Source of the DNA: Diplonema japonicum
Lineage: Eukaryota; Protista; Euglenozoa: Diplonemea
Length of the DNA stretch: 64,000 bases
Assembly (NCBI GenBank): GCA_964019335.1
Contig: OZ025671.1
Location: 620,001 to 684,000, forward strand
Direction of reading: 5' to 3'
The position numbers and the translations under genes were made by a program. Under the pieces are notes generated by a model. It was given only the letters and a program-made list of their open reading frames with translations. It did no database searches and was not told the DNA's origin. Positions 46,180 to 56,250 of the stretch are shown here, piece by piece; position 1 is the stretch's first letter; each line of letters starts with the position of its first letter.

Positions 46180-48506
46180 TCATGTGTGGGGAAAGGCACA
46201 CTGTTTCCCTCTGGTGCATCCCCCTTTTTTGTGATGTCTGCAAGGCTCACGGTCTCTAAACGTGCGATTTTCATGCGGGGCAACGAGACCCCCTGAACCA
46301 TATTCCTTCCCAGGCCGCACAGGTTGAGTGACATCGGTTGCCACAGCTCCCCTGCAGGCTACATCAACTTGCACCTCGAATTCCACCAATTCGCCTTTCT
46401 TCAAACTGCAGGGCCCATCGGTGTCGGAGCCCCTAATACCTTCGACGTAGCATATCAAGTCTTCCCTATCTATACCAGGAATCTGCAGCGGGTGGATGGG
46501 CGTTACGAACCCAAATGGCCCTGTAGTTGTTCCTGGCCCCCAGCATTTCACACTTCCCTGTATCCTTGTCGCCACACCTACCTCCACGATCAATTTGAGT
46601 GTGTTTTCTTTTTTGCTTGCCATGGCGTTGAACACTTGCCGCAGATCATTCTTACAACCGATATTCTGTCCGTTGGCCTTCACGATCTTCATTGTGGGTG
46701 CCACACCGAGAGCATGCAGCTCCTTATTCACTTTGGATATTAAAGAAGTCGAACCCTCGACGTTGAAACCGGGTCGGGTCGGAGCAAAGGGTTGGTATTT
46801 TATGACAATGGTCTGGGTGACTGGCTGTTTTATTTGCCTCCATTGCTGCACCCAGTGATCACCTGGTGGAGACGAATGCCAACTGTCAGCGGCCGCTTTT
46901 GGTGCCGGTTTTGTCGATACCGAAGGCTCTGATTTTTTGGTGACTGGACGTGCAGAGGCTGCAGGGTCGACGGCATTCAGGTACGCAGATTTTGGTTCCT
47001 GTTTCTTTTGTGTAGGCTTTGTTGCCGCGGTTGTCGTGCTGGATGCAGCTTTTGTCGTCTCTGAGGCTACTGGCGGGGATGCAGGTGCAGATGCTGGTAC
47101 AGGTGCGGTTGCGGGAACAGGAGCGGGAGTAGGAGTGGGAGCAGACGCAGGAGCAGGAGCCGGAGAGGGTACAGAAACAGGTGCGGGTGCAGGTGAAGGT
47201 GAAGGAGAAGGAGTAGGAGCAGGAGCAGAAGGTGCGGGTGCTGAAGGCTGCGTGGATGCTGGTGATGTCGGACCAGTCGGTTTGGGTGTCACTTTTACAG
47301 AAGTAGCAGCAGTGGTGGTAGGTTTTGCCTTTGTGGGAGCTGGTTTGTCATTCAGCTGAATGTCGTTGCCATTGCTGTTCACCACAGGAGATTCAATTGC
47401 CGGCATATTGACAATCGCGTTTACTATGTTCCTCTCGGGACCTGGCTCCTCAGAGGGTCGGAAAAAATCTGTTAAGCTTTTTGAGGGTGGCTCTATCGCA
47501 AGGCCCGACCCTGGCGCTTTCATGGGGGGTTCCACGGCTTTTGAAATATTGAGAAACGGATTTGAGCCGATCAAGCCTTGTGTGACGGATGGGTTTTTTT
47601 GTGGTGGTCCAATAGCCCCAGAAGTATGAGGCGAACCTGGTGTTGCCCATGTTGGGGGTTGTTGTTGGAAAGCGTTGAAGGTCGTCATGCCAGGAGCTCT
47701 GTTCAGGTTGATTTCATTCCTGATGGACGACCATGACAGCCACAGTACGGCTTCGTAGTCGTTGTTGAGGGTGACGCAGGGGATCTGGGTTGGCGAAACG
47801 ACGACAACCTTGTACCCCAGCTCAAGGAGCTGGGAGAGCTCACCCCCGAAGTCATTGGTACCTGATATTATGCACGCCACAAGATTGCTGTCTTTGACAA
47901 TTTGTGGGTCTTGAGGCAGGTCGTCAAGGAACTTCGGCACTTCACCTCCATACCCAGTTGTTAGTTGGAAACCAGCTTCTTTTATCACTAATTTATAGTT
48001 TTGGGGAAGGCTGACGTTGCTCTCGACAAAACAGTAGCAACTTGTCTGGCCCTTTACTGTCCGGTATTCGAGCGTCGAGAGGCGCATTGATATTTTTTCA
48101 TAAATTTTGTCGATGAACATTGCGGTGTCTTCGTCGGAGAGGGGACACGACTCGTAGTCCCACACACAGTACAGGTCGAACTCCCCTTCAGGCACCTAGT
48201 GAGTGGAATTGAGTGTTGTTTGCATACCGGTCTCTGGATATTGGCACCCAACCCATGAAATAAGAACATCTCGTCGTGATGTGGTTGTGGTTTGAATATC
48301 AACCGCTCTAGCCGTTCTCGAGTCTTCATGGACTGGTCCCACTTCCTGTGTAACATGTCGATATCTCGCTCCAGATCGGCCCTTTCATCGCTTGTTGCGG
48401 CCCGCTTCGCTTCTTGCCGCTCTTGGATTTTCTGCTCGATATTTTCCGTTTCCCGCACGGTTGCATCCCGTCTGTTCCAAATTTCTTGCTCTCCATAGGG
48501 CATCAT
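46180..48506 (-). CDS. Coiled coil - NYN(PIN)-like - Pro-rich linker - cold-shock domain - CCCH zinc-finger protein, 2 exons
   Basis: Intron 48196-48227 (32 nt) fuses ORF 48054..48506 to 46180..48195. VWDYESCP and IISGTNDF (NYN-like); GSVKCW..FGFVTP...LKKGELVEFEV...AVATDVT (CSD); CRHHKKGGCTRGKQCAFPH (C7-C5-C3-H). Confidence 0.75.
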
Positions 48507-48616
48507 GATTAGATATTATTCAGCCTGCAGTGTTGAATATTGTTGTAAACAAGTGAAAGAAAAATAAGAAATAAATGAAATAAAAAGGAAACAATAAATG
48601 AACGTAAGATGGACTG

Positions 48617-49540
48617 TTAGATTTCTTTGATGTCGGTGATTGTTATCGACGGTACAGCACCGTCAATCGTGTAGCAAACAGTAAGGCTTTGCAGTCTTAG
48701 ACTGCCATCGAAGTTGCTGAGTTTCTTCTGTCTGGCGCTCCGGAAGTCAATACTAAGTGTGTCTTTGATAAGGTCTTTAAGATTTGTACAGTGCCGGTGT
48801 GTTAAGGCGGCCAATTTCGTCTCCGATTTCTCATCAAAGACGATCTTGTGGTGTGTCCAACGCTTGTCATCGTAGGATGCTTGCACCCAGTCTGGCGACT
48901 TGTAGTCCACAGGCCGCTCCACAGCAGGGAGGTAAGGTTTAATGTCGATAAGGGGTGTCATGTCCACACAGTCCAAGGCTGCAACAGTAACACAGTTGGT
49001 AGTATGGTTCACTTTGAGAATTGGTACCAATGAGAGTCCCAAGGGATTGGGCCTGTGTGGTGTTCGGCAGGCGAATATACCCACCCTGCTACCTTCTCCT
49101 CTAGGGGGGGCCACTACTGTTTTCATTGTCTTCATATCCTTACCTGCATTGGTGTTCAGATGGAACCAGAATAGCACATAAACATGGCTGTAATCCTCTA
49201 AACCCAGCAAGCATGCTGGGTTTAGTGTCTTGCTTATCTGAAGTTCTGTTGTTGCTGACCTCACCAAACCAGGTTGTCTTGGTGTTCCATTCCTGTCAGC
49301 ATATGCAGAGCGTATAACACCGATAGGTGTCACATTAAGTCCCAAGCCTACCACCTCATGCATCATTTTCTTTTCAGCTTTCACTCTTCCTACACGTTCA
49401 CTCAGTCGCAACTTCTCTTGGTTGTCTACTGTCTTATGCAGTTCTCGGACTTTCTTTGCATAATGAATAGAAAGTAAGCTGCTTAAAACTGCCCATACAA
49501 GCACACACCATTCCCATTTAATAGCATCATATTCATACAT
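48617..49540 (-). CDS. TRMO: tRNA (t6A37) N6-methyltransferase TrmO/TsaA with N-terminal hydrophobic helix
   Basis: PIGVIRS, GTPRQP, GLEDYSHVYVLFWFH, GIFACRTPHRPNPLGLS and TPLIDIKPY motifs. Confidence 0.9.
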   Translation of the reverse strand: MYEYDAIKWEWCVLVWAVLSSLLSIHYAKKVRELHKTVDNQEKLRLSERVGRVKAEKKMMHEVVGLGLNVTPIGVIRSAYADRNGTPRQPGLVRSATTELQISKTLNPACLLGLEDYSHVYVLFWFHLNTNAGKDMKTMKTVVAPPRGEGSRVGIFACRTPHRPNPLGLSLVPILKVNHTTNCVTVAALDCVDMTPLIDIKPYLPAVERPVDYKSPDWVQASYDDKRWTHHKIVFDEKSETKLAALTHRHCTNLKDLIKDTLSIDFRSARQKKLSNFDGSLRLQSLTVCYTIDGAVPSITITDIKEI

Positions 49541-49604
49541 AACAATAGTAATTATGCTAATCTGATTTAGGAGGAAAATAAAGGTTACAAAGTTTCAAAA
49601 GTCA

Positions 49605-49608
<4 letters not shown>

Positions 49609-49646
<38 letters not shown>
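49609..49646. repeat. (GA)n microsatellite at the border between gene cluster and repeat island
   Basis: Directly visible run. Confidence 0.95.
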
Positions 49647-49651
<5 letters not shown>

Positions 49652-49696
49652 TCATAAGGGGGTCGTTTTTTGCCATTTTTCAGTTTCTTCGCCAAG

Positions 49697-49884
49697 GGTT
49701 ACCGTGGACGGTGGAAAAAAAGTTAGTGGTTGCATAAGGGAAATTGTTGGTGGTTACAGTAAAAAGTGGAAAAAAAGTTGTAGGTTACCGTGAACGGTGG
49801 AAAAAGTTGTGGTTACCGTGGACGGTGGAGAAAAAGTTGCAGGTTACCGTGGATGGTGGAAAAAAGTTATTTGGTTACCGTGTA
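49697..49884. repeat. ~30-bp tandem repeat GGTTACCGTGGACGGTGGAAAAAAGTT, about 6-7 copies
   Basis: Units begin near 49698, 49752, 49783, 49811, 49842 and 49873. The core ACCGT-GG-ACGGT is self-complementary. Confidence 0.85.
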
Positions 49885-49897
49885 CGTTGCTTTTCCC

Positions 49898-50730
49898 TAT
49901 TTATTATTTCCCCCCTTTTCTATTACATCCAAATACAACATTTGATGCGGAAAGCAGAAACAACAGCTTGGCTTAGGTGTGCGAAAAAATGTGAGAAGAC
50001 AAGAAAAAAAGAAGGGAAAAAAAAAAAAAAAAGGTAAACACATCATGTATGTCAAAAAAAATCAAGGATTTTTTTCTCTTTTTTTTTTCCCCATTTTTTT
50101 TTGTTTTTTTTTTTTTTTTCCAAAGGGAAAAAAGAAAAAAAAAACAAAAAAAAGTTGCAAAACTATCAAAAATAATGACAGTGTTGGGGAGAGTCCCGTG
50201 AGTCCCGTCGAGTCCCGTCCCGTGGAGTCCCGTGAGTTCCGTCCAGGCCCGTATTCCGTTTTAGGGGACGGGACGGGACTGACCAACACTGCTTGGCGGA
50301 ACATGGTGGAATTGGTGGAATATGGTGGAACAGGGAATTCCAGTGTTGGTCAGTCCCATCCCGTCCCCTAAAACGGAATACGGGCCTGGACGGGACTCAT
50401 GGGACTCCACGGGACAGGACTCGACGGGACTCACGGGACTCTCCCCAACACTGTCATTATTTTTGATAGTTTTGCAACTTTTTTTTGTTTTTTTTTTCTT
50501 TTTTCCCTTTGGAAAAAAAAAAAAAAAACAAAAAAAAATGGGGAAAAAAAAAGAGAAAAAAATCCTTGATTTTTTTTGACATACATGATGTGTTTACCTT
50601 TTTTTTTTTTTTCCTTCTTTTTTTCTTGTCTTCTCACATTTTTTCGCACACCTAAGCCAAGCTGTTGTTTCTGCTTTCCGCATCAAATGTTGTATTTGGA
50701 TGTAATAGAAAAGGGGGGAAATAATAAATA
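49898..50730. mobile_element. ~830-bp near-perfect palindrome (foldback): ~394-bp arms, 49-bp spacer
   Basis: 49898-50291 is the reverse complement of 50341-50730 apart from a few substitutions and homopolymer length differences. Each arm contains a 113-bp unit bounded by CAGTGTTGG...CCAACACTG. Confidence 0.85.
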
Positions 50731-50919
50731 ATATGTACAAGAGGAGGGTGTGTATGTTTATACAACCTGTGTAAACAGATCGGTTCCTTGCTTTCAGCGC
50801 CGTGCCCCTGATGCGTGCGATGTACAGCTCAACCCCTGCATTGCACTGCCTGTTTGTTGCACATATTTTCATGTTGTCCCCCCCCCCCCCCCCCCCCCAC
50901 CTGAAAATAATATATAGGA

Positions 50920-51419
50920 GATAAATATATGAGTTAAAGGAGGCTGGTGTTGGCAGCACCCTGCACAAGAACTGTCTACTTGATTACAGGGGGGCGCACC
51001 ACAGCCGGGTTGTAGCTTCTTCTGCATTCTGCATCGTTTCCTTAATCACCGTGGCCGGGATGTAGCTTCTTCTGCGTTCCACATCGTGCCCTTAATCACT
51101 GCATTGTGACACCTGCTTTTCCCTGTGCAGCATAGTGGTACATGTTATAAAACACGTGCTGTGTTGTGCACCCTGTGTTGCATACATCATGTGTGTCAAA
51201 AATTTGCGGTGTTGGGGTGGTTTGTGGGCCAGACCTCAGACCACCAGTCTGGCCAACATTGCCCATCCAACCCTTTTTTTACTTTTTTTTTTTTTTTTTT
51301 TTTTTGCATTGTACTTTTCTTGCAAAGGCCTCTTTTTAATATTTTTTTCAAAGCAGGTCTCCAAACCCCCTGTCCCTTGGAGTCCCTCAAGGGTCTGGAC
51401 CAACACTGGGAATTCCTTA

Positions 51420-51450
<31 letters not shown>

Positions 51451-53400
51451 CCTTCTTTGCATCATCAAGGTCGAAAGTGGTGACTATATCACCACAACAT
51501 TGTCTACTTGATTACAGGGGGCGCACCTCGGCCTAGCTGTAGCTTCTTCTGCATTCCACATCGTGTCCTTAATGCGTGTGGAGTGCAACTCAACCCCAGC
51601 CATGGCACCCCTGTAATCTTCTCCCACATGGGCACTACCAGTGATGACTGGATGTGGAGGTCAACAGCAAACAACACATCTGATGTACTTCTTATAATAA
51701 AAGAGGTAAAGGAGACCAGTGACAGGGTGCACCGGCCGCGTTTGCATTCCACGTTGTGTCCTTAATGCATGCAGTGTGCAGCTCAACCCTAGCCAGTGCT
51801 CTGGGCAGGGGTGGGTCGTTCTGTTCCCTTCCACCAAACTGAAAAGTCGGAACTTGGCAGAACGGTGGAACCGGAACTTGGTGGAACTGGTGGAACGTGG
51901 TGGAACCAGTGGAACATGGTGGAACTGGTGGAACGTGGTGGAACTGATGGAACCAGTGGACATGGTGGAACTGGTGGAACTTGGCAGAACAGGGAATTCC
52001 TTACCTAATTTTTTTCTTCTTTCCCCCCCCCCCTTTTTTTTCCTCTTTGCATCATCAAGGTCAAAAGTGGTGACTATATCACCACAACACTGACAGCACA
52101 ATATTCCGTGTCGTGTCCTTAATGTGTGCAGTGTGCAGTTCAACACCAGCCATGGCACCAAGATTCTGGGCCTGCGTAATTTGCTGCAGTTTCATCACCC
52201 TGAGCATCTGCAATACGTTCCTCCACTCAGGCTCTACCAGTGATGACTGGCATGGAGGTTAACAGTGAACAACACATCTGATGTACTTCTTATATTTCCA
52301 TATTTCTGTGTAATCCCCACCACCCAATAACATGAAAGAGGTAAAGGAGACACCAGTGACAGGGGGTGCACCTTGGCCGCTTCTGCATTCTTGTGTCCTT
52401 GATGCATGTGGTGTGCAGCTCAACCCCAGCTGGTGCCCTAAGTAGTTTACTCACCCTGAGCATCTGCAATTTGTTCTTCCACTCAGGGTGCTACAGGTGA
52501 TGACCAGCCAAGTGGATGGAGGAAAATGCCTGTTTGTCGTGTTGGTGGCACCCACACAAGAACTGTTTACTTGATACAGGGGGGGGGGGGAGGGGGGGGC
52601 ACCACAGCCGAGTTGTAGCTTCTTCTGTGTTCTGCATTGTGTCCTTAATGTGTGCAGTGTGCAGCTTAACCCCAGCCAGAGCAACCTGGGGTAACCAACA
52701 TTCTGCACTCATGCAGTTTGCTGCCAATTCATCACCCTGAGCATCTGCATTATGTTCTCCCACTTGGGCACTACCAGTGATGACTGATGAGGAGGTCAAC
52801 AGCAAACAACACATCTGATGTACTTCTTATATTTCTTTGTTATCCCCACCACAAACAGCACATCTGATGTTTTTCATCCCCACCACCTTTGGAATAATAT
52901 ATGAGTTAAAGGAGGCCAGTGTTGGCAGCACCCTGCACAAGAACTGTCTACTTGATTACCAGGGGTGCACCACAGCCTGGTTGTAGCTTCTTCTGCATTC
53001 TGCATGTGGAATTTTTTTAATTACTGCAGCAGGGTTATAGCTTCTTCTGCATTCTGTGTCGTGTCCTTAATATATGTGGTGTACAGCTCAACACCACCTG
53101 CTTTTCCCTGTGCAGTATAGTGGTACATGTTATAAAACACGTGCCATGTTGTGCACTGTGTTGTGCACCCTGTGTTGCATACATTGTGTGCAATGTCAGG
53201 TATGCCATACATGGTGTAAAATAAGTCACAACACACCACCTCGAAAATTCACAGTGTTGGGGTGGTTTGTGGGGTGGACTGGCCAGACCCCTCAGACCAG
53301 ACTGCCCACCTGATTACAGGGGGTGCCTTGGCTGAGTTGTTGTGTGGTGTTATTGTCTTCTTCTTCTGCATTTTGCATTGTGTCCTTAATGCATGTGGTG
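50920..53400. repeat. Mosaic of degenerate copies of the 7.1-kb dispersed repeat, CAGTGTTGG-bounded units and a GGTGGAAC minisatellite
   Basis: Multiple partial copies are visible. (GGTGGAAC)n at ~51860-51985. The block GGGAATTCCTTACC..polyT..TTTGCATCATCAAGGTC.AAAGTGGTGACTATATCACCACAACA is duplicated near 51410 and 51992. Confidence 0.8.
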
Positions 53401-53787
53401 TGCCAGCTTTGTTGGGGATTTCCCCAAGGTAATATGGGATAGCTATTTCAGTGTGGCATTTTAAGGGGAAGTAAATCACTTATTCCCACTTTTAAGGGCT
53501 GGAATGGCCTCAGATGGCTAAAAACAGTCAAAATACCCCATCTCTAAAAAAAATTTGAAGGGGTTGGGTACATTTTTTCACTTCAACTCCAAAAATCTCA
53601 TTAACCATTAAAGGATGAAGTGCTAGATATCTAGCAATCAAAAAATTAAAATTTTTGTATAGGCATTTTAAGTACCATAGACCCTTACCCTTGCACAGAA
53701 TGACCTAGTTCTTCAATTTCTTTTCCATTGAAAATCACTTATGGCCCCTAGATTAACCTCCAAAAACAGAAACCAGTTTTTGGTGGC

Positions 53788-54370
53788 ATGAAAGCTCAGA
53801 TGAGCAGTACTGATTCAGATGAGTTTGGGAGTGCCCAAGGGGACATTCTCACTGATGATGGGACCTCACCTAGTGCCAGTAGTGATGAGAAGAGTGAAAA
53901 TATGCCCTGGGAGAGCAATATTACACAGGTAATGCATAAGAAGTGACAGGGCACAGGGGGGGCAGAAATCACCCTTTTCCCACATGAGTGCATTAAGGAT
54001 TTCCAAGCTGTTCATCTCAATGGGGTTTGTGAAATCTCTTTGCACTGTTTGCAAGTACCACAACCCTGACTTTGACTTCACTGTGGACAATATCTATCAG
54101 TTTCTGGCCTTGTGGGTGCTCATGGACATCATCTGCAAGGCTGGCATAAAAGATTACTGGCCAACCATTTGTGCCCTCACCACACCTTTTTTTGGCAAGT
54201 GTAATGAAACATTACTGCTTTTTTGCACTTACAGTGGTCATTGCATTTTGGAGGGGTGAAGAGACAGACAGGTTGCAAAAAATAAGATTCTTGCTCCCCT
54301 ACCTGTCTGCAACACTATTCCCCCAGAGAATTGATCATTGATGAGAGTATGATCAAGTCACACAGTCAGT
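53788..54370 (+). pseudogene. Decayed piggyBac-like transposase (N-terminal part up to the first catalytic Asp)
   Basis: Acidic N-terminus (SSTDSDEF...SSDE), then IYQFLALWVLMDIICKAGIKDYWPTICALTTPFFGK (cf. piggyBac FLGLxxxMGxxxKPxxxDYWS...TPxFG), DRLQKIRFLL and RELIIDESMIK (cf. DxLxKIRP, LSIDESM). Interrupted by stops and frameshifts. Confidence 0.8.
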
Positions 54371-54389
54371 GTTGTTATGAGAATGGGTT

Positions 54390-55200
54390 GCCCCCCTGAG
54401 ATTTTCAGGGGGGCATGGGGGGGCAAAAAAAATTTTTTTTTATAGTGTCCAAAAAAAATTTTTTTCCACCCAAAAAAAGTTGTCAAAGACACCCAAAAAT
54501 CCCAAAAAAAAATTTTTTTTCTCAAAAGTACCTATCCTAGGCCTTAATAGAGGCTTTTAGTGAAGTGGGGTGAAAGTGAGATGTTTGGGTGTCAAAAAAA
54601 AAGGTGCCCAAAAAAAATTATTTTTCACATGAACAAGTGGTCAAAAACACCTGAAAAGTGGTTTTTTACCTCAGAAAAATTGATTTTTTTCTAAAAGGGT
54701 ACCTATAGGCCTAGTAATGGTCTATCTGTTGGTTTTCTCTCCTTTATGACTTACCCTTCTCATTCTTTGTATTTACCCCCCTTTTTTTACTGTATTGGGT
54801 GTATGGGGTGCTGGAAAAAAAAAAAAAAAGGTGTCCAAAAAAATTGTTTTTCCTCCCAAAAAAAGTGGCCAAAAACACCCTTAAATTGATTTTTTCTCAA
54901 AAAAAATTTTTTTTCCCCCTCAAATACCTATTCTAGACCTAATGAGGCTAATAGTGAAAGTGAGATGGTCATGGGCCAAAAAAAAAAGGGCCCAAAGAAT
55001 TTTTTTCCTCACAAAAAAAATTGTCAAAAACACCTGAAAAGTGATATTTTACCTCAGAAAATAATAGATTTTTTTCACAAAGGGCACCTGTACTTGGCCT
55101 AGTAATGGTCCATCTGTCATTTTTCTTTCCTTTATAACTTACCTTTCTCATTCTTTTTATTTCCCCCCCCTGTTTTTACTGTACTTTATTGGCAGGTTGT
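54390..55200. repeat. AT-rich ~390-bp tandem duplication with A/T tracts, preceded by a 10-bp hairpin
   Basis: GTGTCCAAAAAAA..TTTT.CC.CCCAAAAAAAGT at ~54446 and ~54832; AAAACACCTGAAAAGTG...GGCCTAGTAATGGTC at ~54645 and ~55027; GCCCCCCTGA-gattt-TCAGGGGGGC at 54390-54414. Confidence 0.75.
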
Positions 55201-55628
55201 TTTAAAAAATAACCTAACCCAACAAAACACCCCAATAGAACCAGCAAATCTGTCAGAAAAGACTACCTGATAGCCTACCTTGTGTGGAAAGGGGGCATGG
55301 CTGGCAATATTAGGGTTGAAAGGTCCCAGGATTGAGGTGAAGAAGGTGCCACACTGCTATTGTTGGCAAAGCACTGGAGGTGAAGGAGATTGCAGCCAAG
55401 AAGAAAGACCAACTGCTATTGCTGGGCAAAGAACCTAAAAAGTGAAATAAATTCCAAAAAAAAAACATTCTCAAGTCCCCCTTTTTATTTATTTTCTCAA
55501 AAAAAAAAAAAAAAAATACATGATGGTAAAGCAGTACCTCGCAAGCTTGGAAGGTGGGTTGGACAGAGAGCACAAAGCCACAAAGCTGCAAACCTGCAAA
55601 CCCGCAAACCCGCAAACCCACAAACCCG

Positions 55629-56188
55629 ATTTTTCTGTTTTTCTTTTTCTTTTTCTTTTTGAAGTGGAACCATCTCAGTCGACGTTTTTTTTTTTTTTTT
55701 CTTTTTTCTTTTGTGGTGATGTGTTTTTCCTGTTTTTGATTTTCTTCTTCCCCCGCTCTATGCTTTTTCGCATGGACATTGGCCACTCTGCCCCTTTCCC
55801 CTTTTTTGATTCTCCCTCTTTCCCCCTCCTAAATTTTACCCCCTGCCCCACTCATTCCTCCCTAGTATGTTTTTGAATTTGCCTCTTCTTCTTTTAAGCC
55901 TTTTTTGAGATTTTTATTTTTGAATTTTTATCATTTGGAGTTGCTTCTTCTTCTTCCCCTCTCCCTCCCATAAAGAAAAAGAGAAACCCATGCCTTCCTC
56001 CCAGGTTGGAACTTGATTGTCTGTTTTGGAATATTTTTATTTTCTCTTAAGATTTATCATGCCTTGTGTGTCTTTTGAAGAAAAAAAAAAAAAAAACATT
56101 CTCAAGTCCCCCTTTTTATTTATTTTCTCAAGTCCCCCTTTTTATTTATTTTCTCAAGTCCCCCTTTTTATTTATTTTCTCAAGTCCC

Positions 56189-56250
<62 letters not shown>

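Noticed and set aside
49697-49884. CRISPR-like look of the 30-bp repeats
   Set aside because: Units are adjacent with no unique spacers, there are no cas genes, and the context is eukaryotic.
51860-51990. GGTGGAAC and CAAACCCG repeats as telomeric arrays
   Set aside because: They are short, internal and degenerate, and do not match TTAGGG.
49744-53479. Track ORFs within the repeat island
   Set aside because: They are translations of homopolymers and non-coding repeats (poly-K/F) with no protein motifs.
53600-55320. TTAA-flanked terminal inverted repeats for the piggyBac relic
   Set aside because: The candidate ends (TTAACCATT at ~53601 and AGGGTTGA at ~55312) are not complementary.
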